Assembly (NCBI GenBank): GCA_964016885.1 | Contig: OZ024745.1 | Span: 80,166,001 to 80,230,000, forward strand | Source: Eledone cirrhosa | Taxonomy: Eukaryota | Reading direction: 5' to 3' | DNA: 64,000 bases | Shown here: piece after piece, positions 37,812-51,061 of the stretch | How positions within the stretch are numbered: position 1 is the stretch's first letter | Layout: every line of letters begins with the position of its first letter | Translations under genes and position numbers: made by a program | Notes under the pieces: model-generated | The model's database searches: none | What the model saw: the letters and a program-made list of their open reading frames with translations, nothing else | What the model was told of the DNA's origin: nothing

Positions 37812-38369
37812 TATATATATAAAGTCCAAATAAGGACGAAACAATTGTAAATCAATATTTAGTGTGAAACTGTATTTGGTAATACTTTAATGAATAATTT
37901 GTGTGTATATATATATATATATATATCATTTGTGACGCACGTTTCACTATTGATCAGTTCAAGGTTCGACCTATATTGATCTGGCCCAACTCTGTAATCA
38001 AAAGCTCATCAGATATTTAGAATATATTTCTCTGTATGTTACATTTTATATTTCAACAATGGGTTGGCAGTATCAGTAGAGTGTCAGGCAACATGTTTTG
38101 CAGCATTTAGTTATGGCCCTTTATGTTCTGAGTTCAAATGTTGCCTTTTATCTTTATGGGGTCGATAAAATAAAGTACCAGTAATGCACTGGGGTCGATT
38201 TAATCAACTTTCCCTTCCCCCAAATTGCTGGTCTTGTGGCTATAGTAGAAATCATTGTATTTCACCAATACATTAATTCTTGATCATATTCATTCTTGAT
38301 TTTCTTCTCATTACTTTACATTCTATTATTCAAACCATAAACGTCTTTCTTTTATTTTGTTTTTTTCAG

Positions 38370-38566
38370 AATTTGATATTGCACTCACTAAAGAAAATAA
38401 TATGCTGAAAGAACTAAAGCTTTGTAAAATCTGTTTAGATGAAGAATTGAGTGTGGTGTTTTTACCATGTGGCCATTTGGTCACATGTGCATCATGTGCG
38501 TCTGCTCTCACAAACTGTCCTTTGTGTCGAAAAAAAATTCAAGGACTGGTTAAGGTGTATTTCTGA
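38370..38566 (+). CDS. IAP coding exon 6 (C3HC4 RING, stop). Spliced CDS 1830 nt, 609 aa, BIRC2/3/7-like
   Basis: CKIC..VFLPCGHLVTCASC..CPLCR..VKVYF*. The six exons join in frame. Confidence 0.95.
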
Positions 38567-38699
38567 GGGAATGATTTTTTGTAACCTCTGACAGAAATTA
38601 AGCCAGAATCAGTTCCAGTATGAGCAATGCCCTAAGGACAGACACTAGTCTATTGAAGACGCAGGACATGGCAGTGATGATGAGGGACAGAGACCGCTG

Positions 38700-38880
38700 G
38701 AGAGAACTCGTCCATGGATCTCGGGAATTTTACCCGCCTTAGATAGATAGATGTCTCTAGACAAAAACATGGACTTGGAAGTTAACAATGAAGACGTGGA
38801 GAAGTTACTTGAGGACCACAAAATTGAGCTTGGCATGGAAGAATTTAAACAACTTCAGGAGTAGCAGCAACAGACTGTAG
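38700..38880 (+). mobile_element. pogo/Tigger-like transposase C-terminal remnant downstream of the IAP stop
   Basis: MDLEVNNEDVEKLLEDHKIELGMEEFKQLQE. Confidence 0.55.
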
Positions 38881-39869
38881 GTTTCGCTTTGTATATAGGC
38901 AAGGCGGGTCTTCTGAATTACTCCATAGCACCAAAGATCTCAGTCCAGTGACATTGTCTTAGAGAGATGTAAGTGTGCAAGGTTGGAATTTATCAAATCA
39001 TCCCAGGTTTTTCTGGGTCTGCCTACTCCAGAATATATTTTTTTAACTCGCTTGAAAAATAAGTTGAATTACTTTGAATAAATAATGAATGAATATTACA
39101 TAATTTATCTACTAAATTTCATTATTCTTGATTAAATATAAATAATTTTGTTGCTTATTTTCAAATGTCAACACTTCCGGTTAGCGATCGCTTAAATAGA
39201 CATTCATATATTTCCGTCACTAATTTTCTCCTAATGTAGATTATATATAATATCGTCTTTTTTTTAATGTATCACGGATTACGTTACTGATTATGTAAGA
39301 CAGTGTAACACAGTCTTCATTCAATTTCTGTGTATATTGTCAATTATGATTTTATTTGATGTATCATATCTACATGCATATATACTTACGTATAATATCA
39401 ATATGCACACTACACATGCTAGCAGAAAACCACCCTAAGGATGGTTTTTCTGCTAGTATAACTAATTGTACAAACACAGACACACTTACAAAAATATACT
39501 CATATACATACATTCACACAAACATACATACGCACACAGCATGATAGCATTCGATAAATGGGGAAATGGGAGGGTAAAATGAAGTATAACTTTTTATTTA
39601 CTTATTCTTAACAACAAAGTTTAACTCATTTGTTGTTACAGGTTTAACTCAGTCATATAAAGATATAATAATATAATGCTTACAGAACAAAAACACAAAC
39701 AAATATAATATATACAAAGGAAAGGGAAAGGAAAAAAAGAAAGAAAAAAAAACACAAGCAGGTGATACACACATCTTAGACCACATACAACAAAAGGCAG
39801 ATGAAAGGGGTGGACAAACGAACAACTACCAGAGCAGAAGATAACAATATAGCGAGGAGCACTGAAAAA

Positions 39870-40305
39870 CCTCTAATAATTTTTGAGGCAAGCCAGCACG
39901 CTCGCAGCATTACGTCGAGTGATGGCGAGGCTGAGGTGCTGGAACAACCAAGCAACCTCACAAGCTTCATCAGTTACCTCTGTTTGGCAAGCTGCCAGTG
40001 AAGATAAGAACCTCGCTGTCAGTAGCCCGACTCCCTCAAACGTTTCAAACATCACAGGCTTGAAAATGTAGTTAACCAACAAATCACAGTATTTTAGGAT
40101 TTTGTTCCGTTCAGCTACATATGCTGTAGCTCTCCCCTTTACTTGCATCCAGGGTGTGGGAAGAAGCAAAGGAGTCACTAACTGTGACATCCCAGATAAG
40201 GCACCTGCCTCTTAACCAGGGGCACAGGATAAGACCATCAGGTCCATCAATTCTGGACAACCCAGAGAGTTCTAAAATCGAGGGGATGTTTGCCCAGGCC
40301 AACAC
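39870..40305 (-). mobile_element. CRE-like RLE fragment; related fragments at 6040-6165, 20582-20730, 46098-46880 and 55066-56070
   Basis: PDGLILCPW.RGRCLIWDVTVSD, FETFEGVG, WLFQHLSLAI. Confidence 0.8.
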
Positions 40306-41133
40306 TCATAAGTGGTAATAGGACTGTGTGTATGTGCGCGTGCTTAAGTTTGTCAGTGTTCTTGAATTAGAGACGTGTGTGCGTCACCATTTTTAGGTTA
40401 GAGACATATAGATGTGTGTGTATCCTTCCCTTTACATACATTTTGTGATGGACAGAAGTCGCTCAAATTTATATACATGTGAATGGAGTTCCACTGATGC
40501 AGGCAGAGAAGTTCAAGTATCTCAGAGCTATGTTCATGAATGAAGGAAGGCAGGAGGCTGAATTAAGTGCAAAAATTGCAAAAGCTGATGCAGTAATGTG
40601 CCAGCCTCAGCAACCAGAAGGGGGTAGGTGTAAAAGCCAAACTCGCTGTCTTCCTGGTATTCCTGTCAACTCTTACCGAGGATCATGAATCTTGAGTAAT
40701 GACCAAAAGAATACAATTGCAAATAAAAGTGACGGAAATGAGGTTCCTCTTAATGACCTTTGGAGTAACGTTACTTAGTAGAGTGTGTCACTCGGAGATC
40801 AGAGTCACTACTTCTCCAGATTGAGAGATTACAGTTCCTATATGGGCATGTGGTTAGAATGTCTCAGGAAAGAATCGCTGGACAGATTTTACAACTGGGA
40901 AAAGACCCAGAGGTAGATCCTGAACAAGATAGTTGGATAACATCCATGAGCTAGGCTGGTCACACTTTGGGATCCAGCTGAATCAGTTAGAGACTCGCTG
41001 GAAGGAATGTTTGAGAAGGACTCTGCATATCATATCTATATGCATATATATATATATATATATATAGTGGTGGAACACTGGAATGTAATATCCGTAGTGG
41101 TAGAGCACTCAGTCCAAGAGACGAGTTAGGTAG

Positions 41134-41544
41134 AAGTGGTTACACAACTGTTAGTTCACCATACCGAGAACAATTGTGGCTTATGTATCGACGGACGAAT
41201 AACTATCCTAAAGAGATTACGCAATAGTGATTGCCTAAACACGAGAAGTGAATTTTTCACACGTTGTCCACATGTCACCAAACATCTATTGCATAACTAC
41301 AAGGCTCCGGACTGATTCTTTGTAATTTTATTTTCAACCTAAAAACTTTCCGGACTTTCGCAGTTATCTCCCTTACACCTCCCGCACACAGTCTAGTATT
41401 GCCCGTGTGAAGTGACCGAGTTTCTGCGCATGCGCGTTCGTACAGTTGTCCTTCCTGTTCCTATAACCATACACATCCCGAGCTGAAGATCCGCGAAGGT
41501 GAAACAATTGTTCTCGGTATGGTGAACTAACTGCTGTGTAACCA

Positions 41545-41547
<3 letters not shown>
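41134..41547 (+). mobile_element. Penelope-like element 3' remnant with inverted 44-bp pLTR piece
   Basis: 41175-41315 encodes CGLC..I..LNTRSEFFTRCPHVTKHLL..PD*, resembling a Penelope GIY-YIG C-terminus; 41134-41177 is a near-exact reverse complement of 41504-41547. Confidence 0.8.
41466..41523 (+). ncRNA. Minimal type I hammerhead ribozyme
   Basis: CCGAG/CTCGG stem I extended by ACCATA/TATGGT; CTGAAGA 41483-41489; GAAAC 41501-41505; palindromic ACAATTGT stem III; GTT triplet; stem II closing pair is a U-U mismatch. Confidence 0.7.
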
Positions 41548-41589
<42 letters not shown>

Positions 41590-41732
41590 GTATAATTACA
41601 ATATGCACACTACATATGCCATCAGAAAACCGCCCAAAGGGCAGTTCTTCTGATAGTAACTATAATAAATATAATTATTATTTATTGCAAAATAACTAGT
41701 ATTCATTACAGTATAAACATCATTTATTACAA

Positions 41733-42402
41733 TCATCATCATCATCATCATCATCAACGTTTAACGTCCGTGTTCCACGCTTGCATGGGTTTGGACGGGG
41801 GTAGTCCCACTTGAGGCAAGAGTGATTGTCTTGCTCGCATAGGACTGTCTGGCAGGTTTTCTACAGTTGGATGCCCTTCCTAACACCAACCACATTTACA
41901 GTGTGGGTCTGGGAGGTTTTTACCGTGTTGCCTACACGGCCACATTTACAGCGTGGACTGTGTGTTTTTTGTCGTGACACCTACACGATCTCGTTTGTTT
42001 CGGCCTGGATGGCGCGGCACCAACATAACTTTACATGGAACGGGGTGGTGTGGATGGGGTGGGGGTGGTGGCGGGACGGGGTGTAGTTTGTTAGAGATGC
42101 CTACTGGCAAGGCGGGTCTTCTCTGTTACTGAGTACCGCCAAAGGTCACGGTCCAGTGACATTGTCTTGGAGAGGTGTAAGTGTGTGAGGTCGGAGTTTA
42201 TCAGCTCATCCCATGTTTTTCTAGGTCTGCCTATTCCGTGGCTACCGTCTATCTTTATTGCCCTGCACTTTGTAATACAGCTATCGACTTTCATGCGCAT
42301 CACGTGTCCATACCAACGCAGCCTTCTCTCGAGTAAACAACATCTGATCCCTCTTATCTCTAATTTTTTCCTTAGTTCGTTTATGCTTTGCCGTTCACGT
42401 AT
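41733..42402 (-). mobile_element. RTE family A 3' fragment
   Basis: ORF 42091-42420 matches the RT C-terminus; (CAT)n tail. Confidence 0.9.
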
Positions 42403-44864
42403 ATAAATATTATTTAACAAAAGGTCGAGAGGACATTTCAGTCATGTCAAGGACATGACAACCTCCCTAGAATTTGGTGATCTACACAACAAACGCACCC
42501 AGTACACTCTGTAAAGTGGTTGGTGATAAGAAGGGCATCCAGCTGTAGAAAGCTTGCCAGACAAAGGGTCACGAGGATCTTCAGCTGTGTCAAGAACATG
42601 ACAGCCTCCCAAGTGTTTGGTGATCTATAGGATAAATGCACACTGTAAAGTGGTTGGTGATAGGAAGGGTATCCAGTGATAGAAATCTTGCCAAACAAAA
42701 GGGTCAAGAGGACACTCAGTTGTGTCAAAGACATAACAACCTCTCCTGTGCATATGCTGGTGTGTCAACCGTACATAAAGTAAGACACAATCCCTGGCCG
42801 ACCTGGAAGATCAAAGGCTCTGCTTCAGTACTGAGTTGGCCTATGTAGACCTGGCCAACCCTTGCTAGCAGGGAAAGCAGATGTTAAAATGATGATGATG
42901 ATGATGATGAATGACTATTTATTACATTATAACTATTATTTATTACAATATAAATGTTATTTATTACAATTCTAGCAGTTTTCGCTCCAGTTTGTACTGT
43001 GCTCAAATCTCCCTCTTCCATACACCCCTCATGTCCTAACACCCCACACTTCACCCACGTACCTTCACCCCTACACTTCCCCAGATAAGTGCCCCACCCT
43101 AGATCTACCTCACCAATCCTCCCACACCCCAGCCCCCAGTCCACACTGTAAAGAGGTCGTTTTGGTGCCACGACAAAAAACGCCCAGTCCAAACTGTAAA
43201 GTGGTTGTGTAGGTGTCAACAAAAAGCACCCAATCCACACTGTAAAGTGGTTGTGTAGGTGACACGACAAAAAACACCCAGTCCACACTATAAATGTGTT
43301 TAACATTAGAAAGGACATCCAGGCATAGAAGCTAAGCCAGAAACAGTTCTGTATGAGCAAGTCATGGTCATCTGATCTAGTTTGTCTCACAGTGAAACAA
43401 GTGGTCTACCTCATGTTAGTGTGGAAAAATAGACGTTAAATAGTGATGATAACGATGATGATGATACTTTATAGTCGCCCACCTCTATTCTGTTTTCAAA
43501 AAAAAACAGGCAACAACAACAAAAAAAACTAGGAAAACAAATTCCTTTGCAGCCGTCACCAGGAGCTTTTCTATAAATTTAAATGGCTGAGGGGTGCTTA
43601 TCTGTAACTCCAAGGGTACCCCTCCATCCCTGCCTCTATTTTCAGAAAAAGGAGTCATTGGCAAGTGAGTTGGATGTCAGAAATAAACAAAACAAAACTA
43701 AAAAAGAAAAAAAAAATTTCCTCAGAAAAATCTCTGAGGTTGGAAAAAGTCAAAGGTCCTCCACCTTGCGCCTCTCATTCCATTTTCAGAGAAAAAGTCA
43801 AAGGTCCTCCACCTTGCGCCTCTCATTCCATTTTCAGAGAAAAAGTCAATGGCGAGCATGTCGGTAGTCAGATTAGTTGAAAACATGAAAAACCTTAATT
43901 ATTACCAATTTTATTTAGTGTTGAGAAAGTGATGAGAGACATCAAGAGGGATAGATAGAGAGACAAAGGGAGATAGATAGAGACATTAAATGAGATAGAG
44001 AGAAATTATATGAATGCATAAACCAGCAAGAGTGCCTGTCTCAGAGTCACTGTGCTAGAAACAGCAGCAAAATTTCTCCACCTTACCCGTCATTCCGTTT
44101 TCAGAGAAAAAGTTGATGACGATCATGTCAGATTAGTTGAAAACACACAGAAAAACCTTAATTATTACTAATTTTATTTAGTGTTATTAGTGGACAACAT
44201 ACAAACAAACTTCCTTTTTATAATTATTATAGATAAATATTATTTATTACAATATAACTACTAAGATTTGCAATATAACTATTATTTATTACAACAAGCC
44301 CATACATTTATTTAACGCTCTTTTTGACAACTTAATACAAATAACGGAACAACAAAGTATACATTTCCTAGCAATGAATATTTTATTCCAATAGGGAGGA
44401 TGAACAAACTTGTACTCTATCAATCCCGAAAGGATAAAAGGTAAAGCAAACCTCAATAGGTTTTGAACTTAGAAAATAAAGGGCTGTAACTATATGCTAC
44501 AAAGCATGTTGTCCAACACACAAATAACAGAACAAAGTATAATTTTACCAATCAGTTGGCCATGGCAAAACAGACAGGCAATGTGTATTTTATTATGATA
44601 GAAATGGTGTACAAATAATTGTTTCTACTTTAGGCACAAGGCCAGCAATTACCCAGTGCATTACTAGTACTTTATTTTATCGACCCCGTAAGGATGAAAG
44701 GCAAAGTCAACCTGGTGTACAAATAATAATTAGTAAATAGTCTTATGAACTAATACAGCACACATATATATAATTTACATATATATATGTGTAGCAGTAA
44801 TATTCAATTATGGGTCTCAAAAGAGTTGTACTAGATGCATGTATGTTGAATATCAAACCATACC

Positions 44865-45061
44865 TCAGAAATATGCCTTAACACGATTAAGAACCTTTTT
44901 CTGACACACAGGACAGTTACTGAAATCAGGAGAACATAATGCACAACTGACAAAATGGCCACATGGTAAAAACACATCACCCAATTCTTCTTCTAAACAG
45001 ATTTTACAAAGTTTGTATTGTTTCAGCTTATTATTTTCTTTAACTAGATCAGCATATGATA
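44865..45061 (-). CDS. IAP paralog RING exon (197 nt)
   Basis: SYADLVKENNKLKQYKLCKICLEEELGDVFLPCGHFVSCALCSPDFSNCPVCQKKVLNRVKAYF*; intact acceptor; same length as 38370-38566. Confidence 0.9.
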
Positions 45062-47039
45062 CTGAAAAAATAAAAATAAAACAAAGACATTTACAGTTTG
45101 AATATCAGAAACATGATAATAGAATGTAAAGTAATGAGAAGAAAATCAATGAATATGATCAAGAATTAAAGTAATATAATAATTGTTTCTACATTTGGCA
45201 CAAGACCAGCAATTACCCAGTGCATTACTGGTACTTTATTTTATCGACCCCGTAAGGATGAAAGGCAAAGTTAACCTCAGCGGGATTTGAACTTAGACCG
45301 TAAAGGGACGTAATTATGCTGGAAAGCATGGCGTCCGACCCTCTACTGATACTGCCAATCCACCGCCCTAAAGTGATATAATAATAATGATAATAATGAA
45401 TTTATTGTGTAAAGTGGTTAGGTGCACTACAAAAATATATAAAGAAACATTTTTTTAATTAACACTTTAGTTTAAATTAACCCATTATTATTATTAAATG
45501 TGGGTTAAAAACAACATCAACAATTATGTAAGAAAAAATAGTATTCTCAATACTGAAAAGGGAAATATGGAGTACATCTAATATAGTTATAACTACTCTA
45601 ACCCTTTAACATTTAAACCGGCTGTATCCAGCCAGAATTCTCTCACCTCTTTCTTTTCAAACTGGTCATAACCAGTTGCTTATACTGATGTTAAGGTATT
45701 GTTCTCAAAATAAATAATATCAAAATCTTATAGATTTGATATGATGTGGGATAATTATATGAGGTAAAACCTTTACCATGAAAATACAATAGTAAATATA
45801 AAGTAATGTAAATGCTAAAGCCATTTTCTTTCTTAGTTTCTGGCTAGTGAATTTAGTGAAAAGTACAGCAGATATTTATTTTTAAACTAAAGATCATATT
45901 AGAAATTAATTTTATTCATATAAATTAAATAACATTACAAATTGTTTATAATTCTTACAGAATGAAAATATAAACACATAATAAATACAATTAATTATTG
46001 CTGGGAACCTTACAAATATAATACACAAAAATATATGATCAAAGTGAGATAAAAAAACAAACAAAAACAACCATCACTTCACCACCAAGTGCAACAATCA
46101 GCCACAGACCACAAAGGTAAGCCAACACATTCGCAGCTTCACTGCAGCTGATGGTGAGGCTAAGATGCTGAAACAACCAGGCACCCCACAGACATCACCT
46201 GACACCTTGGTAAGGCAAGTTGCTAACAATGACAAGAACTTTGCTGTCACTGGCCCAGCTCTACCAAACGTATCTAATCGTTTTTTTATAGTTCCCAGTA
46301 ATTTAGGATTATTCCATTCGGCAATGGAAGCAGTGACCCTCATATTTACAGCAACATCCATGATGTGGGAGGGAGCAAAAGACTCACTGACTGTGGCATC
46401 CCAGATGAGACATCTGCCTCATACCCAGGGACAAAGGGTAGACCATCTTATCTATTCCAATCAATTCTGGATAATCCACATAGCTCCAGAACTGAGGGGA
46501 TATTTACTTGAGCTAGGGCCCACTTAATGATCAGGTTTAGCTTTGTGAGGCAGGTGAAGCAACCAGCATTCGGGCAGCAACACAACCATAGAGGCCTGCG
46601 GTACCGAGGGGCCCTACCACAGTGACATCTCAGACAACAGCTCCCGCTCAGAAGCAATGGAGATGCGGTGTATGCACAGATTAAGAAGTTCACCAATGTT
46701 GGTCTCAGGCAGGGCATCAATCCAGTCGCCCAAGAAGAGATAGTGACAAGTATTTACACAGACCGAGACCTCCCAACTGTTTGGGAGAAGGTAGCCCAGT
46801 CGCGGGACTCTGGAGGGTATCTGACATTGACCATGGTATAGACAGTGGAAGTTTTCATGGATGCTTCCTTGCCTTGGAATCAATAACTATCTAATATCCG
46901 TGTAAAACAAGAGAAGGATCATTTTGTAGCAGCTACTTCACTGTCAGTACTTTTATAGATAGTAAAGGAATCATTTAATATTTACTAACAATCATTTCAA
47001 TATATAAAGAAATAGAGGAATAATCACTTATTTACTTAC

Positions 47040-47177
47040 TAGCTGTCATTTCAGAGCCAACTTTTATTGTTGTTTGGGCAGGCTCCTCTTCATCGCTTAC
47101 ATCTTCAATATCATCATCAAAATCAGGGCATTTATGGATTGCTTCTAGTAACTGGGATGCTTTTGAAAAAGATTTAC
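47040..47177 (-). CDS. IAP paralog exon homologous to 31676-31813
   Basis: GKSFSKASQLLEAIHKCPDFDDDIEDVSDEEEPAQTTIKVGSEMTA; AG/GTAAGT bounded; 138 nt. Confidence 0.9.
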
Positions 47178-47584
47178 CTGAAAAAAAACAAAAAAAAATA
47201 TACATCAGGCTTTGTAAAATATTTGAATAATTAAAATCTTGTATACGCTTAAATCCTATTTACCCACTGTTTTCATAATTCTATATTGCTTTGTTAGGTT
47301 TCTATCTGTACTTCAAATATAGAAATTTGATGGCTTATAACTAATAAAATTTTGTTGGAGGAAAGCACAAGTCCTGTTCATTATTTACAGGGCGGTGGAT
47401 TGGCAGTATCGGTAGAGGGCCGGACGCCATGCTTTGACGCATAGAGTTACGTCCCTTGCCATTCTGAGTTCAAATCCCGCCAAGGTTAACTTTGCCTTTC
47501 ATCCTTACGGGGATCGATAAAATAAAGTACCAGTAATGCACTGGGTAATTGCTGGCCTTGTGCCTAAAGTAGAAACAATTATTT

Positions 47585-48430
47585 ACATGAACAGTATCGA
47601 CATGCACAGCCAGGTTGGAAGTGGTATCATGACTGGCGGGTGTAAAATCAGACAATTGGAATTTGCAGACGACATGATGTTACTTAACTCGGCAGAAGGT
47701 GATCTCCAACTTGCACACGACAGATTTGATGCCGAGTGCTGCATGGCTGGAATGAAAATCAGTGCTGCAAAACCTGAGATGCTCATCCTCTCAAGGAAGC
47801 CTGCACAGTGAACTCTACATTTAAATGGAGTTCCACTGAAACAGGTAGAGAAGTTCAAGTATCTTGGGGCTGTGTTCATGAGTGATGGAAGGCAAGAGGC
47901 TGAATTAAGTGCAAGAATTGCAGGAGCTGGTGCAGTAATGTGCAGCTTCAGCATTCAGTTATCAGAAAAAAGGAGGTGGGTGTAAAAGCCAAACTCACTA
48001 TCTTCAATTCAGTATTCGTGCTAACCCTTACCTATGGTCATGAATCTTGAGTAATGACCGAAAGAATACAAGTGACCGAAATGAGGTTCCTCCAAAGGGT
48101 CTTTGGAGGAACGTTACTTAATAGAGTGTGTAGCTTGGAGATCAGAGAGTCACTCCTGGTAGAGCCACTACTTCTCCAAATTGAGAGATCACAGCTCCAA
48201 TACTATGGGCATGTGGTTGGAATGTCTCAGGAAAGAATTGCTGGACAGATTTTACAAGCAAAACCAACCGGCATGGAGACCCAGAGCAAGATAGTTAGAT
48301 AACATCCATGAGCTTGGCTGGTCTCACTTGGAGATCCAGTCGGATCTGTTGGAGATGGTTGCTTCTGGACCAGCTGGAAGGAGTATTTGAGGACTCTGCC
48401 CCTACAACCCTCTCAGGAATAAGTGGGCCA
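47585..48430 (+). mobile_element. Old RTE-like LINE fragment (second lineage, no PHD insert); related pieces at 11793-11975, 40480-41020 and 48860-50760
   Basis: LEFADDMMLL, GMKISAAK, VEKFKYLG, LTYGHES. Confidence 0.8.
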
Positions 48431-50926
48431 AGAAGAAGAAAGTATTTATTAAAGCATAAAGTATTTATTAAAGCTTATCAGCCTCATTTTATAATTTCAG
48501 TTTGAATCAGAAATATTAATGTATAAACCAAATAATAAAAAACCCTAGTGGTAGCAGTGCATTTTGTTTTTGACAATATCATTGCCTTCTAATCTATTTG
48601 ACCCTACAGTTGGTATATTTTTACAGATTAGTTCTGAAAATTTGACCCTACAGTTGGTACATTTTTACATAATAGTTCTGAAACTTCATTAACAAAGGAG
48701 TTACTAAACAGTTATATTCACTCTTCCTTGAAAAACTTGCTAAAAGAAGACCAATTAATCAGAAATTCATGTTTAACTTAATGGATATGATGATGAATTA
48801 CTCAAGCTTTTGTAGAAAGACTTCATAAATACATTAGTGCAACAAAAAGCTCTCCATTAATCCCATGTTCCTACAGAACCTTCCCCAACAAGTCTCATGG
48901 GATGTGATTGGATGCATTTTTGAGGTTAACAAAACAAGCATACACCTCTTGGCAATACTCCCACGGTTCTTTCAAAGACTTGCCAAAGTGTGAATATTTG
49001 GTTGGCTGTACTTCGTCAGGGGCAAAATCAATGCTTGGACTCAACAATATCCCTATATATCTCTTTGCTAGACACTTAGCATACACTTTACCAGGGATGC
49101 TTCCAAGGAGATCCCCTTATAATTGGAGTAATTTCTTCTGTCTCCTTTTTTGAAAATTGGGATTATCATTCCTGATTGCCATTGCTTAAGTGCTTTTCCA
49201 GAGATCCAGGCCACCCAACACACATGATTCAGCCAGAGAATATCTTCTCTATTTAAGGTTTTTAACATCTCGGACCAAACTTGATTCTCCCCAGAGGCCT
49301 TGCCACATCTGAGCTCTTTAATTGTTTTAGTGACTTCAGCCTCCGTGAGGTCAGTCATCGCTCGAAGATGCACCTCAAGTACATCAGATGTGACTGGATT
49401 TAGGAAATCAGTAAAGTAGTCTCTCCACCTCATGAGGATACACCTCTGTAAAGAGAAGAGAACTCCAGATGAGTTCCTGATAATAGGTTTGGAGGGGAAC
49501 TTCTTATTAAGAAGTTGGCAGATGGTCTGCCAGAACACTTTATTTGCCGATCTGAAAAGTCAATTCCAGCTTAACCCCAAAGTCTTCCCATATCTTAAAT
49601 GTGGACACCTTTAGTATCTCTGCTAGGACTTTTTGTGCCTGCTTGTACTGCAAGTGCAAAAAGGAAAACATTTTTCCAAGCTAAGCTTTGTAAGCTCCCT
49701 TCTTGACTTGGATGGCATCTTTAACCACCTCATTGAACCAATGGGTCTTCCTGCCACCTGGCACCACACCAAGCCACTTCTGCCCACAGCATTTAACAAC
49801 TAAAGCAGAAACTGCTGAGCTGAACAGTTTCCACTCCATTTCAACATCCTCAGTTTGTTCAGGGTGTTCTCTGAATTTGGATGCTATAGTATCTATATAC
49901 ATGTTCCTAACTTCCTTATCAGCCAGTGCTTGCCAGTTTTTTGTGTTTTCTTAGCTTTATGTAATCTTAGGTTGCAGATAACTAGGTGATCAGTTGACAG
50001 CTCAGCCTCTCTCTTAACACGAACAGCCAACATAATCAAAGAGATGAGAGACAATAAGAAAATCAATTATTGATCTCTGATTTCTGTTCAGACAAATGGT
50101 GCTAAGTAGCACTACTACTTCTCCTATTCATAAACTTCATGGACTAGATAATGCACAGCCATGTTAGAAGTGAGATCAAGACTGATGGATGTAGGATCAT
50201 TCTGCTGGAATTTGTAGCTGATATAGTACTACTTAACTCATCAGAAGGTTATCTCCAACATGCACTTGATAGGTTTGCTGCTGAGTGCTGTATGACAGGA
50301 ATGAAAATCAGTGCTGTGAAGACTGAGACACTTGTCTTCTCAAGGAAGACTGCATATTACACTCTACGTGTGAGTGAAGTTTCACTGAAGCAAAGGAGTA
50401 GTAAAAGTATTTCGGGGTCATTTTCACGGGTGATGGAAAGCTGGAGGCTGAATTATGTGCAAGACTTGCAGAAGCTGGTGCAGTAATGTGCCAGGTTCAG
50501 CATTCAATCATCAAAAGAAAGGAGCCAAACTCACTATCTTTAATCAGGTATTCGTGCCAACACTTACCTATGGTCATGAATCTTGGGTAATGGGGTTCCT
50601 CCAATGGGTCTTTGGAGTAAAATTACTTGATAGAGTGGGTAGCTCAGAGATCAGAGAGTTGCATATTTAACAGCTATTTCTCCAAATTGAGAGATCACAG
50701 CTCTGATACTATGGACGTGTGGTCGAAATATCTGAGGAGAGAATCATTGGACAGATTCATAAAATGTGATGGTGGTGATGATAGTGGTGGTGGTGGTGAT
50801 GATAGTGGTGGTGGTGGTGATGATGGTAGTGATTGTGCTGATGATGATGAATTAAACACAAATATCGGATAGCTTCATTTTGTATATTGAAAATAATTAA
50901 GAAAACAAAACAATAAGTAGGTTTAC

Positions 50927-51061
50927 CTGTTTCTTTGATTTTATTTTTCACTACTCTTTTGACTACATTTCGTTTATAACCCATAGATAAAACAGCCAGA
51001 ACTGGAGGTGTATCCATACAGGAATATTTATTTTTAAGATTTTGAGATTTGGGAAGAATAC
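50927..51061 (-). CDS. IAP paralog UBA exon
   Basis: MDTPPVLAVLSMGYKRNVVKRVVKNKIKET; AG/GT bounded; 135 nt. Confidence 0.9.

Noticed and set aside
39171-39182. ETS motif ACTTCCGG as a promoter
   Set aside because: It lies in what appears to be a Helitron 3' remnant ending in CTAG at 39456.
50770-50850. Poly-His or Gly-Asp ORFs
   Set aside because: (GGT/GAT)n intronic microsatellite downstream of the UBA exon donor.
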